Sequence record: SRR22947727_3704 | Length of the DNA stretch: 51,301 bases | Reading direction: 5' to 3' (one strand) | In this document: piece after piece, positions 50,442 through 51,301 of the stretch | Numbering within the stretch: position 1 is the first letter of the stretch | Layout of the letters: each line of letters opens with the position of its first letter | Notes under the pieces: generated by a model | Databases searched by the model: none | The model's input: only the letters and a program-made list of their open reading frames with translations | Told to the model about the DNA's origin: nothing | Position numbers and translations under genes: made by a program

Positions 50442-51301
50442 ATGTTCAAAAAAGTATTTGGCCTATTTTTATTTCTCTTTGTAGTTGTCCTAAGTTTTAA
50501 TGGCTGTGTAGACACAGCACCTACTTATGACAACCTCGCAGCGATTAGATGTGCAGATGGGATTCAGAATTTTGACGAAACAGGGGTAGATTGTGGCGGC
50601 AACTCTTGTAACAAAGTGTGCCCTCCTTATCCCAATGAGCTCAATGGAGAAGTGCTTTGGCGTCAGGTACTCACCCCAAATAAGGTCTATACCCTTTCAG
50701 GACCCTTATTGGTGCGCCAAGGGGCTACACTTGAAATTCACGCGGGGACTATTATAAAAGCCGTTCCAGGAACTAAGGCTCATATTGCAGTGCAGCCTGG
50801 TGCTAAATTATGGATCTGGGGCACAGAGTCTAATCCAGTAGTCTTTACCTCTGCTTCAGACGCCCCTCAGCCAGGAGATTGGGGTGGCATTATTATGATG
50901 GGTAAGGCGCCTACTGGCCACGAGGAGCGTCCAAGGACTGAGGTGGGAAATTATTTCTATGGGGGTGATTATGAATTTGACAGCTCAGGACAAATTAGGT
51001 ATACCAAAATTGAGTACGCTGGTGCTGCCTTCCAAGAAGATATTTACTTTAATGGTCTTGGCTTGTATGGTGTGGGCAAGAACACCACCCTTTCGCACAT
51101 CCATATTTCTATGGGATTGGGCAATGGAATGGCTATTTTTGGCGGAAATGCCACCATTTATAATGTATTGAGCACTCAAAATCAGATCAATGGTATTGAG
51201 ATAGAGGGTGGTTGGTCTGGAATAGGGCTTAAGTGGTTTGTGTCTCAGCCGCAGCAGCATGGTATTTGGATAGATTACAGTACGGAGGCCTCTAAAAATG
51301 G
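50442..51301 (+). CDS. Lipoprotein (partial, runs off the window) with a Cys-rich motif and a probable beta-helix-like domain
   Basis: Absent from the ORF track; translated by hand from ATG 50442: MFKKVFGLFLFLFVVVLSFNGC…CADGIQNFDETGVDCGGNSC…GATLEIHAGT…NPVVFTS…PGDWGGIIMMGKAP…IEYAG…; no stop seen before the edge. Confidence 0.8.
   Translation, partial: MFKKVFGLFLFLFVVVLSFNGCVDTAPTYDNLAAIRCADGIQNFDETGVDCGGNSCNKVCPPYPNELNGEVLWRQVLTPNKVYTLSGPLLVRQGATLEIHAGTIIKAVPGTKAHIAVQPGAKLWIWGTESNPVVFTSASDAPQPGDWGGIIMMGKAPTGHEERPRTEVGNYFYGGDYEFDSSGQIRYTKIEYAGAAFQEDIYFNGLGLYGVGKNTTLSHIHISMGLGNGMAIFGGNATIYNVLSTQNQINGIEIEGGWSGIGLKWFVSQPQQHGIWIDYSTEASKN

Noticed and set aside
50959..51260. Two short ORFs at the right edge
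   Set aside because: Both lie inside the longer + strand frame starting at 50442

Overview
The window looks like chromosomal DNA of a marine Flavobacteriaceae member (Bacteroidota); this is inferred from the SusC/SusD pair, the many lipoprotein signals and the TAnnTTTG promoter elements. Positions ~550-23,200 form an alginate utilisation locus. It holds three PL7 alginate lyase genes (one a tandem of two AlyA5-like catalytic domains), kdgF, SusC/SusD, a PKD lipoprotein, a FadR/GntR (AusR-like) repressor, an MFS uronate transporter, an SDR (likely DEH reductase), kdgK and eda. No PL6 or PL17 gene is present in the window. A gluconokinase/6-phosphogluconate dehydrogenase fusion, an Nramp-like transporter and a GntP permease sit inside the locus, next to a Tat-exported TIM-barrel enzyme, and gapN closes it. 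Arrays of a TTGGT-N2-ACCAA palindrome with 13-bp spacing occur at three promoters. The rest is a mosaic: an MMPL/RND + indoleamine 2,3-dioxygenase-like + DUF2147 run, an arsM without arsS, a GH13 + GH16 lipoprotein pair, a peptidase/HxlR pair bracketed by near-identical terminators, ppc, an ars operon, katG, several hydrolases, and a partial lipoprotein missing from the ORF track at the right edge. I saw no rRNA, tRNA, CRISPR array or transposase. All product calls come from motif recognition by eye, not database searches.
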